A DNA stretch of 64,000 nt from Thecamonas trahens ATCC 50062 (Eukaryota > Protista > Apusomonadida), in NCBI RefSeq assembly GCF_000142905.1, contig NW_013657650.1, forward strand, positions 342,748 to 406,747, given 5' to 3'. Position 1 is the first letter of the stretch. The number at the start of each line of letters is the position of its first letter. The position numbers were made by a program, and so were the translations under genes. Below are positions 52,624-63,662 of this stretch, one piece after another. Under the pieces are notes generated by a model. The model was not told the origin of the DNA and searched no databases. It was given only the letters and a program-made list of their open reading frames with translations.

Positions 52624-52838
52624 TCGTAACCCAACTACGAGCCATGAACAAGGACATCACAAACAACCAACGGGTGAGATGCGATGAGATGAGGTGAGCC
52701 GGTGCCTGCGTGGCAGTCCCCCCGTCCGCTGCTCCCGGCTGCTGCCTCCTGCCTCTCCCCCCCCCCCCCCCCCCCAGCCTCGGCCTTGTCACCACCCCAC
52801 TCCCCCCCCCCCACTCCGCCCCCCTCTAACCCCCTACT

Positions 52839-54350
52839 ATGGCCCTCCGCCACCGCCCACCGTTTCTTCCCGATGACAGCCACGTCCTCCGCGACGAGGA
52901 GGCCGGTCGGTGGCCGCAAGTGCCAGAGGAGGCTCAGGCCGGCGACTCGTCGGTCGAGGCCGAGGCCAAGTTGCACCACTCGCCGTGGTCGCTCTCGGCT
53001 CCACGGTCGGCATGGTGGTGGGCGGCAGCCAGCGGAGTGGTCCTGCTGGTGGTGATGGTGGCGGCTGCCGTCGTTCACCGGCAATCGTCGCCGCGCTTGT
53101 CATCGGGAGATCAACATGGCGATGAGGAGGACGCCCTTGGTAAGCTCGACGACGTGCGCGTCGATCGCATCCATCGCCTCGTCGCGCTCCATCGAGAGGA
53201 TGTAGCACAAGATGGGCTCACTGGTGGCAGTAGCGCCGGCACTCGTAGTGGCAGTGGCGGTGGGAATGGGATGGGCGCGGTATCGTTTGAAATCGGCATC
53301 GGACTGAATAACTACGTGCTAGCCCTGGTGCAGACCATTGGCGTCGCAAGGGCGATGGGCGTGGAGAGTGTTCTGCTGCCGCCTGTCCCGCAACGAGTCT
53401 CCATGTGTCCGTGGTGGGAGGACGATCCAGAGTGCAAAGCCGTGGCAGAGGTCATGTCGGTGAGCGAGTTTGTTCGGCTCGACAAGCTCCAGCAGGCAGT
53501 CGACGTCGCGACAGGCAGCGGTCTCCTCCATCTCGCAGCAGGAAGTCGTGAAGATGGTGTGCCTGGCGAACGGCTAGAGTGGGCAGCGACAGAGACATGG
53601 TGGGGAGACGATGAGGTCGGCCGCGGCATTGCCCCCCACCTGGCCCTCGGCAGCTCGGCGGTAGCCAACCTCGGTCCATCCAACGGAACGAGCGGGACCC
53701 GCGGCTGCTGGGGCTGCTACCAGCCAAGCAGCGTTGCTGCCGAGACTCTGGCCTTGGGTGTTCTGAACGCAATCGCGTTTCCGATGTGGCGTGGTCACAC
53801 CCGCGACAACGTCTACGCACAGCTTGCCGGCCAATGGGTCATCGGGGTCCACCTCCGGATGGAGTCGGACTGGCCGACTACCATTGACGGGAGTGTGTGG
53901 CTGGAGAAGCGGATTGTGCCGCTCATTTACCAAGCTATGGCCACCACTGTCGACCTTGACCGGCCGGCTGGATGTACGGTGTTTGTCGCGACCGGCCTTG
54001 AGCGTGACTCGGGGCCCATGCGCCAGCTTGCCGGTGCTGTCCGCGGCGCAGGCTGCTGGCTCCGCACCAAGGCCGGGCTCGTTGATGATTTGGAGTCGCT
54101 CTCACTCACAGAGAGAGCCGCAGTCGACATGAGCATTCTCACCAGCTCGGCCCACATGTTCATCGGCCACTGCGATTCGTCGCTCACCTTTCACGTCCTC
54201 CTCCGCCGCGCCCTCACCGGCATCGGCCAAACCGACGCGTGCTGGTCGTACGGTGGCTACAGCAGCTCATTCTCGGCTTCCTTTTTCGAGCGCTTCTACT
54301 TTACCGAGGCCCACCGCGAGGCGATTAACGGTGTCACAGACGACCGCTAG
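52839..54350 (+). CDS. Type II membrane GDP-fucose O-fucosyltransferase-family (GT-B, O-FucT-like) protein
   Basis: Single TM WWWAAASGVVLLVVMVAAAVV. GLNN motif, IGVHLRMESDW, VFVATG, RAAVDMSIL..AHMFIG...SS.T. Confidence 0.8.
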   Translation: MALRHRPPFLPDDSHVLRDEEAGRWPQVPEEAQAGDSSVEAEAKLHHSPWSLSAPRSAWWWAAASGVVLLVVMVAAAVVHRQSSPRLSSGDQHGDEEDALGKLDDVRVDRIHRLVALHREDVAQDGLTGGSSAGTRSGSGGGNGMGAVSFEIGIGLNNYVLALVQTIGVARAMGVESVLLPPVPQRVSMCPWWEDDPECKAVAEVMSVSEFVRLDKLQQAVDVATGSGLLHLAAGSREDGVPGERLEWAATETWWGDDEVGRGIAPHLALGSSAVANLGPSNGTSGTRGCWGCYQPSSVAAETLALGVLNAIAFPMWRGHTRDNVYAQLAGQWVIGVHLRMESDWPTTIDGSVWLEKRIVPLIYQAMATTVDLDRPAGCTVFVATGLERDSGPMRQLAGAVRGAGCWLRTKAGLVDDLESLSLTERAAVDMSILTSSAHMFIGHCDSSLTFHVLLRRALTGIGQTDACWSYGGYSSSFSASFFERFYFTEAHREAINGVTDDR

Positions 54351-57300
54351 TTTGTGGTTCGTGGGACAGGCGGCAGCGCCTGTCGTGGGACCGCCGGCAA
54401 CGACGGCGGCACAGGCATCGATGTCAGTCCATCCTTGGCAAGCGAGGTAGAGTGAGAGCTCGAGGCTGGAGTCTCGCCCGCGCTCGAGTTTGAGCTCGAG
54501 CTCGAGGTCGAGCTCGGGGAGCCACTTGGGGCTTGAGCTGCGGGCGAGCCAGAGTCGGAGCTCGACTCGAGGAACCGCTCGTGGATGTGGTGGATGGGCG
54601 TGACAATCTCCGGGTGCTCCAGATCCAGGACATGGCGAGAGACGAGGGCAAGGAAGGCCTCGTCGCGAATACAGAGCTCGACAGCGTCGGCTGCCTCGGC
54701 GTCCTCGACAAGGCGGCCAGAGCGGTGGAACTTGACGGCGGCGCCAAGCTCCTCGAGAGCGGCAGCAAGGAGCGCAAGGAGCGACAGGCCTATGGCGGTA
54801 GCCGCGACGACGGCGACGGCAGCGTACGAGGTCGAGGTGGGAAAGTTGTCGGCCCAGAAGAGGATGCCGCAAGTGAGGAGGATGATGATGGCGAGGCTGA
54901 GCCGCTCCTCGAGGGTGTTGTGGACGGGAAAGTAGAACGGCTGGTGCTTGATCTGAAAGACACCAAAGGCGAGAAAGATTGCGAGAAGGGCGCCGAAGAG
55001 CCAGACTTCGACTCGCGAGAAGAAGAGAGCGGCCGAGACAATCATCAGTCGCTTCATCAGCTGGGCCACCTCGTACCAGTGATACTTTGTGCGGTACGAC
55101 ATGTAGATAGGTCCGTATCGGAGCTGAACCTCAACCTCACCGAGGGCGTAGCGATTGCGCCAGAGGACAATGGCAAAAAGGCCGGGAGCGCCACGACGTA
55201 GACTACCAGCGCCACCGCCGCCAGCGGCGCTAGCCGCAGCCAGGTGCCCACGAAACACTGCTCGTCGAGGTTAGCGTCAAGGTAGTAGTTGCCGTCGGGC
55301 AGCCGGGTACAGTCAAAGAAGACGAGCGTGGTCTTGCAGACTGGGATGTAGAGGAGCGGACCAAACGAGAAGAGCACGCGACCGGCAAGCGTCCAGCCCG
55401 AGATGGAGGCGAGCCGGGTCCGGGCGATGCGCGGGACAGATCGGGCAGCGAGCTTGGCGAGGAGGACAAAGGCGGCCATCGAGGCGGCGAAAAAGAGCGG
55501 GACAGCGAGCGAGACAATGTACCGGGTGGAAAAGTCAGTGATGGTGCAGTCGGTGGAGAAGAATGCAAGGTCGACGTTGGCCACGTTGGCGGCGCGGAGC
55601 GCCTTGCGCACCGGGGTCTCGGGCCAGTTGAAAGGCGCATCGGCGAGGAGACCCAGGATCTGGACGTAGACAAGCGAAACAGAGAGTGCGTGCGGGACAA
55701 GCTTGTGCCGCTCGGCCTGCGGCGGAGCACGCCGGGCTCGGTCGACCCGTCGCGGGCCGACCCGGCGGGTGGTAAAAATGACGACGCCGACGCCAGCAAA
55801 GGCAACGAGGATAAGGCCGAGAACAAAGACGGCAAAGAGCGAGGCTGACGAGTTCGGGCATGGGCGGCACGAGCCATCGGAGAAGCGGAAGGCGTCCTGG
55901 GCACAAATCCGGCAGAGGTAGCCATCCGGCTCGTAGCCGTTGCGGCAGGGGGAGGTGGCGCGGCCGCCAAGGCAGGCCGAGCCGATTGGGCACTGTGCAA
56001 AGGTTGGCGCTGGGTTGATCTGCTTCCAGCCCGGCAGGGCAAGCGGCGGGGCATAGCCGCCGTCGCATTCGGCACCCGTCGGGCACGCGAGGCACGGCTG
56101 GGTCACGACTGGCTCGGGCGTCCAGCGGCCCGGCTCGCACTCGCAGCGAATAAGATGGGTGGCGTTGTTGGCGCCGGGGCGGGCCGAGAAGGCCGGGCAT
56201 GGCGGGATGGCGCGGCACGGCGCGTCAGAGAGCTCGTCCGAGTAACTGCCCTCGTCGCACGGTGAGCAAACAAGGAGCGTAGCCGAGAGCGAGGCCTGGG
56301 TGTCAGCGCCAAAACCGCGCGGACAGAGGCCGACGACAATGTCGGCGGCGGTGGTCACAAGTGGCGCATCGGCCGCGCCGCGGAGAGTCAGCGACAGCCG
56401 CCCAGGGGCAGGCAAGGCAGACGCCGGCGCGACGAGAGCCACAAAGACCAAAGCGGCGCGGCCCGAGCCGCCGGCAAACGGAATGCCGATCTCGGCACCG
56501 GTGATGGTGAGCGAGGTGTCGCTGACGGCGAGGTCGAGGACAAGCGTGGAATCGACGACGGCCTGTCCGAGCGCGTCGCGCGGAGACACCGAGCCGGTAC
56601 CAAACACAACGCCCGAGATCGGGTGACTCTCGAGGTTGTCGAGAACGAGAGCAGTTGGGGAGTGGCAACAGTTGGCCCGTAGCCGCTAGCAGTGGCTGGC
56701 GGGGCACCTGTGGCCGGATCGACTAGCCAAGCCGATAGCGGCGGGGGTCCGCGGCAGGACCAAGGCAGGCAAAGACGTAGCCGCCAGCCGTAGCGATAGC
56801 CGGTGCGGCAGCGGGAGGAGTAGCGGCGGCAGAGGCATTGATGCGCGCACCACAGACAAAGAACATGCCGCCGTAGGTTGCCGAGTTGGCGGCGAGCATA
56901 GCGCCTGCGAAGAAAGAGACGGTCGGCGTGAGTGGCACGGGCGACGGTGGAGCGACCGGTAGAGTGGCCGAGGCAAAGCGCAGCGCAGAAGGGAGACGGT
57001 ACGAGGCCGCTAGTGCTGCAATGGCACCACCAGCATGGGCAGAGTTGCTCGAGATGGTAGCACCGGCGGCGAGGCGCACGTTGATGCCAGAGCCAGCGTA
57101 GACGGCGATGGCGCCGCCGGCCAGGGTTGCCGAGTTGGAGGCCAGGGCGGTGTCGGCAATGGTAACGGTAACCACAGCCGCAGCCGGGGTGATGAGCAAA
57201 GCGCCGCCCGATCCGGCAGCAGCGATGTTGGCCTCAACAACACAGCCTTTGTCGAGCTCAAGTCGGCCGCCGACGGAGAGGATGGCAATGGCACCGCCGC

Positions 57301-60272
57301 CGCTTCCGAGAGCGGTGTTGGCAGCGAGAGTAGTATCGGAGAGATGGACAAGAGGCGCGTCGCCGAGAAGGGCGATGGCACCGCCCGTGGCCAGAGCAGT
57401 GTTGCCCTCAAAGACGCAGCGGGAGGTAGTGAGTGTGGCACCATCCAGGACCGAGATGGCGCCGCCGTGACCGGCTAGGAACTGGAACGGCGAGGCAGCG
57501 GCCGATGAAAACGCGAGACAGTGACGTTGACGAGGGCGAGGATGGCGTCCTCGCCCGCGACACGGAGACCGGTGACAGCCGTGGGATGCGAGGCCACGGT
57601 CGCCTTCTCGATGTTGACGTCTGCGAGGGTGAGCGAGCCAGAAGCGGCAACAGAGAACATGACGCCACCTGCTGCGCCGCAGCTGAGGGTCGGCCGGTCA
57701 GCCGACGCGGCGCCGGGTGGACCAGCGATTGTCCACTCGGTGCCCGATGGGACAACAAGATGGTTGAGGAGCGAGCAGCCAGAGATGTTGTACGCAGGCG
57801 GAAGGACGATGGTCTGCGGAGCGCAGCGCGAGGCTGTGCTGAGGGCGTAGTGGATGTCGGTTAGCCGCGGAGTAATGCCTCCAAGAAAGGTCGGGAGGGC
57901 AGCGCTGGCCGGGACAGTGTCGAGCCGGCGGCGCTGGATGGCGCCGCGGACCTCGGCGTAGCTGGTGACAGCAACGATGATATCGGTGAGGCCATCGTTG
58001 GTGACGTCAACAAGGCGAACGGCGGGGTGGTTGCTGTTGTAGTTAGCAACCGGGATCTGGGCGGACCAGCCGGGCTGCTCATTGCGGTAGAGCGAAAGCG
58101 AGGGCGCGACCGCCGACTCGGACGTGTGGCCGATCTCGGCAACGACAACATCAGGCCGCCCGTCGGCGGTGACATCGGCACAGGCGATCGCTTCGGGCGG
58201 ATCTAGCACACCGCCAAGATCGGTGGGCGGGCCAAGGAAAGCGGCCGAACCGGGCGAGGACTGAGTGTAAAGCATGAGCCGCGAAGATGCGCCGTTGGCG
58301 ATGCCGAGGACAATGTCGAGCGCACCGTCCGAGTCGACGTCGCAGACAGCGACAGCGGTGGGCGTACCGACCGCCATGGTGTCGACAACGACCGGCGGAC
58401 CGAGAACGGCGGCCGGGGCGGCGTTGCGTAGGGACACGACGACCGAGTTGAAGGCGTCAGAGACGACAAGATCCGGGAGGGAGTCGGCGTCGATGTCACC
58501 GGCAGCAAGATAGAGGAGGGTGGGCGGGAACTCAGGGTCGGCTGGAGGAGCGAGCGGGCCGGGCGCACTGTAGACAGAGTGCTGTGACCAGACGGAGGAG
58601 GGCGCGGCCGAGAGGAAGAGCTCGACAGAGAGACTGGCATTGAATATGCAGGCGACGGCGATGTCAGCCAGACCGTCGACGTTAAAGTCAGCAGAGACGA
58701 TCGAGTGGGCGTAGGGGCAGGAGCCAAGGACGAGCGGCTTGTCGGGAAAGTAGGCATCCCCGTCGTTAGGCCACCAAAAGACCGCACCGGTGGCAGATGC
58801 ATCTGCAACAACAATGTCGCGGACGCCGTCGCCTGTGAAATCGGCGAGGACGACATCGTTGGGGAGAGTGAGCGAAGTTGAGATGAGGAGAGAGGTAGGG
58901 CGAGAGGAGCCGACAGCGTCAAAAAACTCGCCTCTGCCATTGTTAAACCAGAGAGCGACGGTGGTGTCCCAGCGCGAGGTGGTGACGAGGTCAACATGGC
59001 CGTCGCCGTTCATGTCTGCGAGGTCGATGCCAGTGACGCCCTGGGTGGTGGCGGTCATGACGGTTGTCGTGTCGTAGAGGAAAGGCGGAGCGTCGTCGTC
59101 AAAGGCATACTTGCGAACGACGGCGTCGGCGGCCGAGGTGATGAACTCGGCCCGGCCATCGCCGTCAAAGTCGTCGACGGCGAGGGCGACAGGGTCACTG
59201 AGCTCGGCGACGAGCTGCGGCGGGAGGCGGAAGACACCGCCGGCATCGGCCGGCAGCCAGCGAACAACGTCGTCCTGGAATGCAATGTATACAATGTCGA
59301 GCCACGAGTCTCCGGAAATGTCGGCGAGAATGACCTTCCGCGGCTCGTCCTGTTCGGCGGCGACTACTGTCCGGTGGGAGAAAGCGAGGTCGCCGTAGTT
59401 GTAGTAGATGCCGATCTCATCGTCGTCGTCGAGCGAGGCAACGACGTCAATGTTGCCGTCCTTGTTCAGATCGCCGATGGCGAGGTACTTGACGGCAGCG
59501 GCGTTGTCGTCGAGGACAGCAACGTCGGTGGCGGGCGCAGCGACAAGGTCGGGTCGCCCGACAAGGACGACAATTTGATAGCGGTAGTCTGTGGCGTAGA
59601 GAATGTCGTCGATGCTATCACCATCAAAATCGGCCACTAGCACCTGTCGCGGGCCCTCAGCAGCAATGTGGGGTGGCAAGGCGAGAGTGAGATCCTCGAC
59701 GGAGGGAAGAAAAGCAGCAGAGCCCGAGCCGAGAAAGACGCCGATAAAGTCGGTGTAGTACAGCGAGACGACGACATCAAGCTCGCCGTCATCATTAACA
59801 TCTCCCACAGCCACGTCCCACGGATCATCGTCGCTGCCCAGAGCGAGGGTGATGTGAGGGCCGGGGAAGGAGGCATCCCATCCGATGTTGCGATAGATGA
59901 CGATTTCATCAAAGCCTTCGTAGGGAACGACAAGATCGGGAGAAGCATCATGATCGACGTCTTGGGCGAGGATCATCCGAGGGACAAAGTTGGAGGCGTC
60001 GATGGAAACTGGGACATTCCAGCCACCGGCGCCTGTCCGGGTAATAATGAAGAGATCGTCGTTGTCAAGGTCGACGACGGCCAGGTCGGGCAGCGGCGAG
60101 GTGATCGAGTCGAGGACGGCCGAGGTGGCGTCAAAGGGCGAGGTCAAGGTAGCAAGCGAGGATGGCACGGGGGGAGGTAGCTGGTTGTGCACGTGGGTGT
60201 GGTGGGTGTGGGAAGGGCGAGAAGGAAGACAGCGAGTAAGGAGACGGCCGCGACCACGGTGCAGGGTAACAT
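54347..60272 (-). CDS. Large surface protein: signal peptide, many FG-GAP/VCBS repeats, GGAI beta-helix, Cys-rich region, multi-pass TM domain; five apparent -1 frameshifts
   Basis: Signal MLPCTVVAAVSLLAVFLLALP (ATG 60272). At least 12 DxDxDGxxD loops (DVNDDGELD, DFDGDSIDD, DLNKDGNID, DMNGDGHVD...). FEGNTA..GGAI repeats. CSPCDEG and CLACPTG.ECDGG. TM domain with YRTKYHWYE. Frames join at ~60170, 57508, 56743, 56657 and 55175. Confidence 0.85.
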
Positions 60273-60560
60273 GTGTGAGAACGGCGGGGGATGGAGAGTG
60301 GTGGCTGAACAAGGCGGGAAGCGGCCATTGCAGAGAACACAGCCGAAAAGTAGGCAGCGGGCCAAAAAGTGCAATTTGTTCTGTGGCGGCAATTATTGTG
60401 TTCAAAAGCAGAGAACAAAAATCGTCCGCGCCGGGGCACACAGGCAACACCAGCAACGGTCACAGAACAAAGGACAAAGCAGGGGATACTCGGGTATACT
60501 TGTCTCGAGGCACAGCAACGAGTAAGAGGAGCAGAGTACGCACCAGCCAGAAAGCAATCT

Positions 60561-62948
60561 ATGGCGTCGTATGGCCACTACCAGTCGACGTGCGAGCTCA
60601 ACGGGGAGCAGAAGCAGGCGGTTTTTGCCGACCCCAACACGTCGCTACTTGTGCTTGCCGGGGCAGGGACAGGCAAGACGCGAACGGTGACTGAGCGGGT
60701 GCAGTGGATGATGGCCTGTGGCATCAATCCAACGGCAATTCTGGTGCTCGCGTTTACCAACGCGGTGGCTAGCGAGATGGGCAGCCGGATCGCTTGCCAC
60801 TTTCGTGACAACAACGGACTCCAGCCGTTGTTCATGACCGTCCACGGCTTTGCATGGGCGCTCATCAACCATCACCCCACAGCAGTACCGTTCCGCGAGT
60901 ACTCGAAGTATCACACGAGCGAGGCTTTCCCCCATCGCCCAGCCACGGCGATGATTACCGACGAAACAGGGGAGGTGACCGTCAGCGTGTGCGACAAAGA
61001 GCGGGGACAGGACATCGTGAAGGCACTGATTGAGGAGATGGCGGCAACGGAGGATCTTCTGCCAAACCGGGCCATGCTCCCACACAGCTTGCGGTCGGAT
61101 TATGACCAGAGGGTTGGAAACGATCGGTTTGAAGCCCCGATGAAAATTGTCACGTACTTTGCGACGAAGATCGCGAAGGCCAAGAAGCGTGGAGACAGCC
61201 TCGATGATGACGACGATGAGTACGTGCAGAAACTATGGGGCCGGTACAACGATTCCCTGACGGCGCTTCGTCTTGTAGAGTTCAGCGACATGGTGCCGTA
61301 CGCGGTGAAGATGCTTCGCCAGGACCCGCTCATCCGGCGGGCGTGTCGGTCGCGCTTCCGGTACGTCGTTGTCGATGAGGCGCAGGACACGTCGCTAGAA
61401 CAGTGGAAGCTCATCAACATGATTGCTGCGCCGTACGCAGACGATGCAGAGTACGAGGCAAAAAGCCCGATCCCGGCTGCTTGCAGATCGCTCATGGTCG
61501 TCGGCGACGCAGACCAGCTCATCTACTCGTTCCGCGGAGCGGAGGGTAACTTTGCGCAGCGTTTCAGTTCGGTGAACATCGGCGAAAAAAGCACGTCGCC
61601 CTCCACCAGAACTACCGGTCGCACAACTTCATTCTCGCAGTGGCATCGGCGCTCATCGCGAAGAACCCTGAGCCAGTGCAGGGCATGTCGCGGAAGCCGC
61701 TCGTGTCCGCGATTCGAGACGATGGAGTGCCGGTCCAGTATGTGTCAGGGCTATGCGCCGATGGACTGGCGAAGCAGATCAAGAGCTTGTGCGACAACAC
61801 TAGCTACGGCGCGTCGGACATTGCTATCTTGTGTCGGGCGAAGGTCCAAAACGAGACGATGCAGAAGGCTCCGAGAAAGCTGGAGAAGATGGGCATCCCA
61901 ACGCACACGATTGGCGGCGAGCGGCTAGTCGACATCGCCGAGAACAAGGTGGTGCTATCATACATTTCGCTGTTGGTCGACCCAGCCAACAACTCAGCAC
62001 TTATGAAGGTAATCAACGTCCCCGTCGCAGCATTGGCCCTAAGTCGATCGAAGTGGTGGTCAACGCATCGGCAGTGTACCGCCAGCCAGCGCTGACTGCA
62101 CTCGAGTACCTGGCGGACGGCCAGGACGAGTATATCCTCGGAAGCCTGGCAGGCAAGGTCTCGATGCGAGCACCAGCGCGTGAGGCCGCAAAGAAGTTCA
62201 TCGATGTCACAAAGGCGCTGACAGACAAGGTTCGCCAGGCGCACGTGGTTGCATCAGGCTTTCCGAGCTTCTTCCGCAGCATTGTCAATGATGTGATGGA
62301 TATGTACGGCTATCGTGAGCATCTCATGAACGCGTACGGAACTGACGTGTCTGTGGCCGACATCTCGGCGAAGCGCCAGGGGTTAGATACGTACGACTAC
62401 CACATCGAGCAACTGTTTAAGCTTGCCGCTGAGTTTGGGCTCCACAGAAGCCCTGATATCGAGGATGGCGAGTCGACAAAGATGGACGGAGCCACGGCGA
62501 TTCGGAAGTTCCTGGCGTACGCTGAACTACATGGAGATCTTGCTCAGGTGCGGGAGGGCAGTGGTGTGGTCTTCTCGACCATCCACGCGGCCAAGGGCCT
62601 CGAGTGGCCCATCGTCCGGGGCTGCAAACCCCTCAGGGCCGGCTGCCGTACAACCCGGACAAGGAGGACAGCAACGTGGAGGAGGAGCGGCGGCTGGCGC
62701 ACGTGGCTATGACCCGGGCAAAGGACATACTCGTGCTCGTCAACTACAACGAGCGATTATCCTCTCCACCTTCGGAGTTTCTCGGCGACATCAAGACCAG
62801 CCTGCCCGAGGGCTCCCGCGCGCTCGTCACCACATCTGCCGAGAAGTGGAACGCACTAAGCGCCATCAAAAGTTGCGGTAAGCGGAAGCACGAGTGCGAT
62901 GACGAGGGGCCGAGCGGAACTAGCGCCAAGAAGGCAAAGCACGCTTAA
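60561..62948 (+). CDS. SF1A UvrD/PcrA/Srs2-like DNA helicase with a C-terminal NLS-like tail; three apparent -1 frameshifts
   Basis: LNGEQKQAV; motif I AGAGTGKT; Ia AFTN; II VDEAQDT; III VGDADQLIYSFRGA; IV QNYRS (after the shift at 61585); NVPRRSIG (after 62020); V TIHAAKGLEW; VI EERRLAHVAMTRAK (after ~62620); KRKH...AKKAK tail. Confidence 0.9.
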
Positions 62949-63260
62949 ACATCGCCAGAGGCGGTCGTGTAGGGCGGTAGATGGCCACAGCAATGCTGGA
63001 CAGCGGCAGTCGACCCTCGGCCCGGGAAGGAGGGGTGAGCAGCATCAAAGAGACACCACGCCAACAAGTTGGGCCTCAGGTGGCAGAACTCGGATTCCGG
63101 AATACTGCGGCTGTGGATTGGAGACTGCGCATAGATGTAGTGTGTGTATGTAGTAGTGCAGTAGTGAAATCAGATTGGAAATAGCTTGCAATGAGAGTGG
63201 TGGGGGGCGTGTGCGGGGTCGAGCGGTCGAGGACGTGCTCAACCACCTAGGCAAAACATG

Positions 63261-63662
63261 TCAACGCGGAAGTGAGCCGAGGAAGATGGGAATGGATGAC
63301 GGCGATAATTGTACTGGTGATAGTGCAAGGTGAGTGATGACCTTGGGTGTGGTTGTGGGTAGCGTCGCTGGTAGTAGGAAGGAGCTAGGTGGTGATGAGG
63401 GTCGGCCTGATCGGGCGAGCGGGCGGCGGCTGGTGGCTGGTGGTCGGCGAGGCGAGGGCAGCTGAGGGGGTGGGATCAGGGCTGAGTGCCTTGCGATTGG
63501 TATTGGTTGGAGGATGGGCAGTATGGCTTGTGATGGTTGAGGGATGGCGGTGTCGGGGTCAGGGGAGAGGATGGGGGTGAGCTGGAGCGGGGAGAGGAGG
63601 AGGATGAGGAGGAAGAGGAAGCCGAGTGCGCGATGGGATGGTGGTGGGCATGGCCAGGGCAT
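63261..63662 (-). CDS. Possible short Pro/Ser-rich secreted protein or spurious ORF
   Basis: MPWPCPPPSHRALGFLFLLILLLSPLQL has a hydrophobic stretch, but it lies in low-complexity G-rich DNA with no recognisable domain. Confidence 0.2.
   Translation of the reverse strand: MPWPCPPPSHRALGFLFLLILLLSPLQLTPILSPDPDTAIPQPSQAILPILQPIPIARHSALIPPPQLPSPRRPPATSRRPLARSGRPSSPPSSFLLPATLPTTTPKVITHLALSPVQLSPSSIPIFLGSLPR

Noticed and set aside
61581-61595. dnaX-type A_AAA_AAG programmed -1 slippery site in the helicase
   Set aside because: The heptamer is out of phase with the zero frame (GAA AAA AGC), and the gene needs two more shifts that lack such motifs.
60561-62948. Pseudogene status for the frameshifted genes (helicase, receptors, HECT, JmjC)
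   Set aside because: Catalytic motifs are intact, no in-frame stops remain after single-base correction, and all lesions are the same type.
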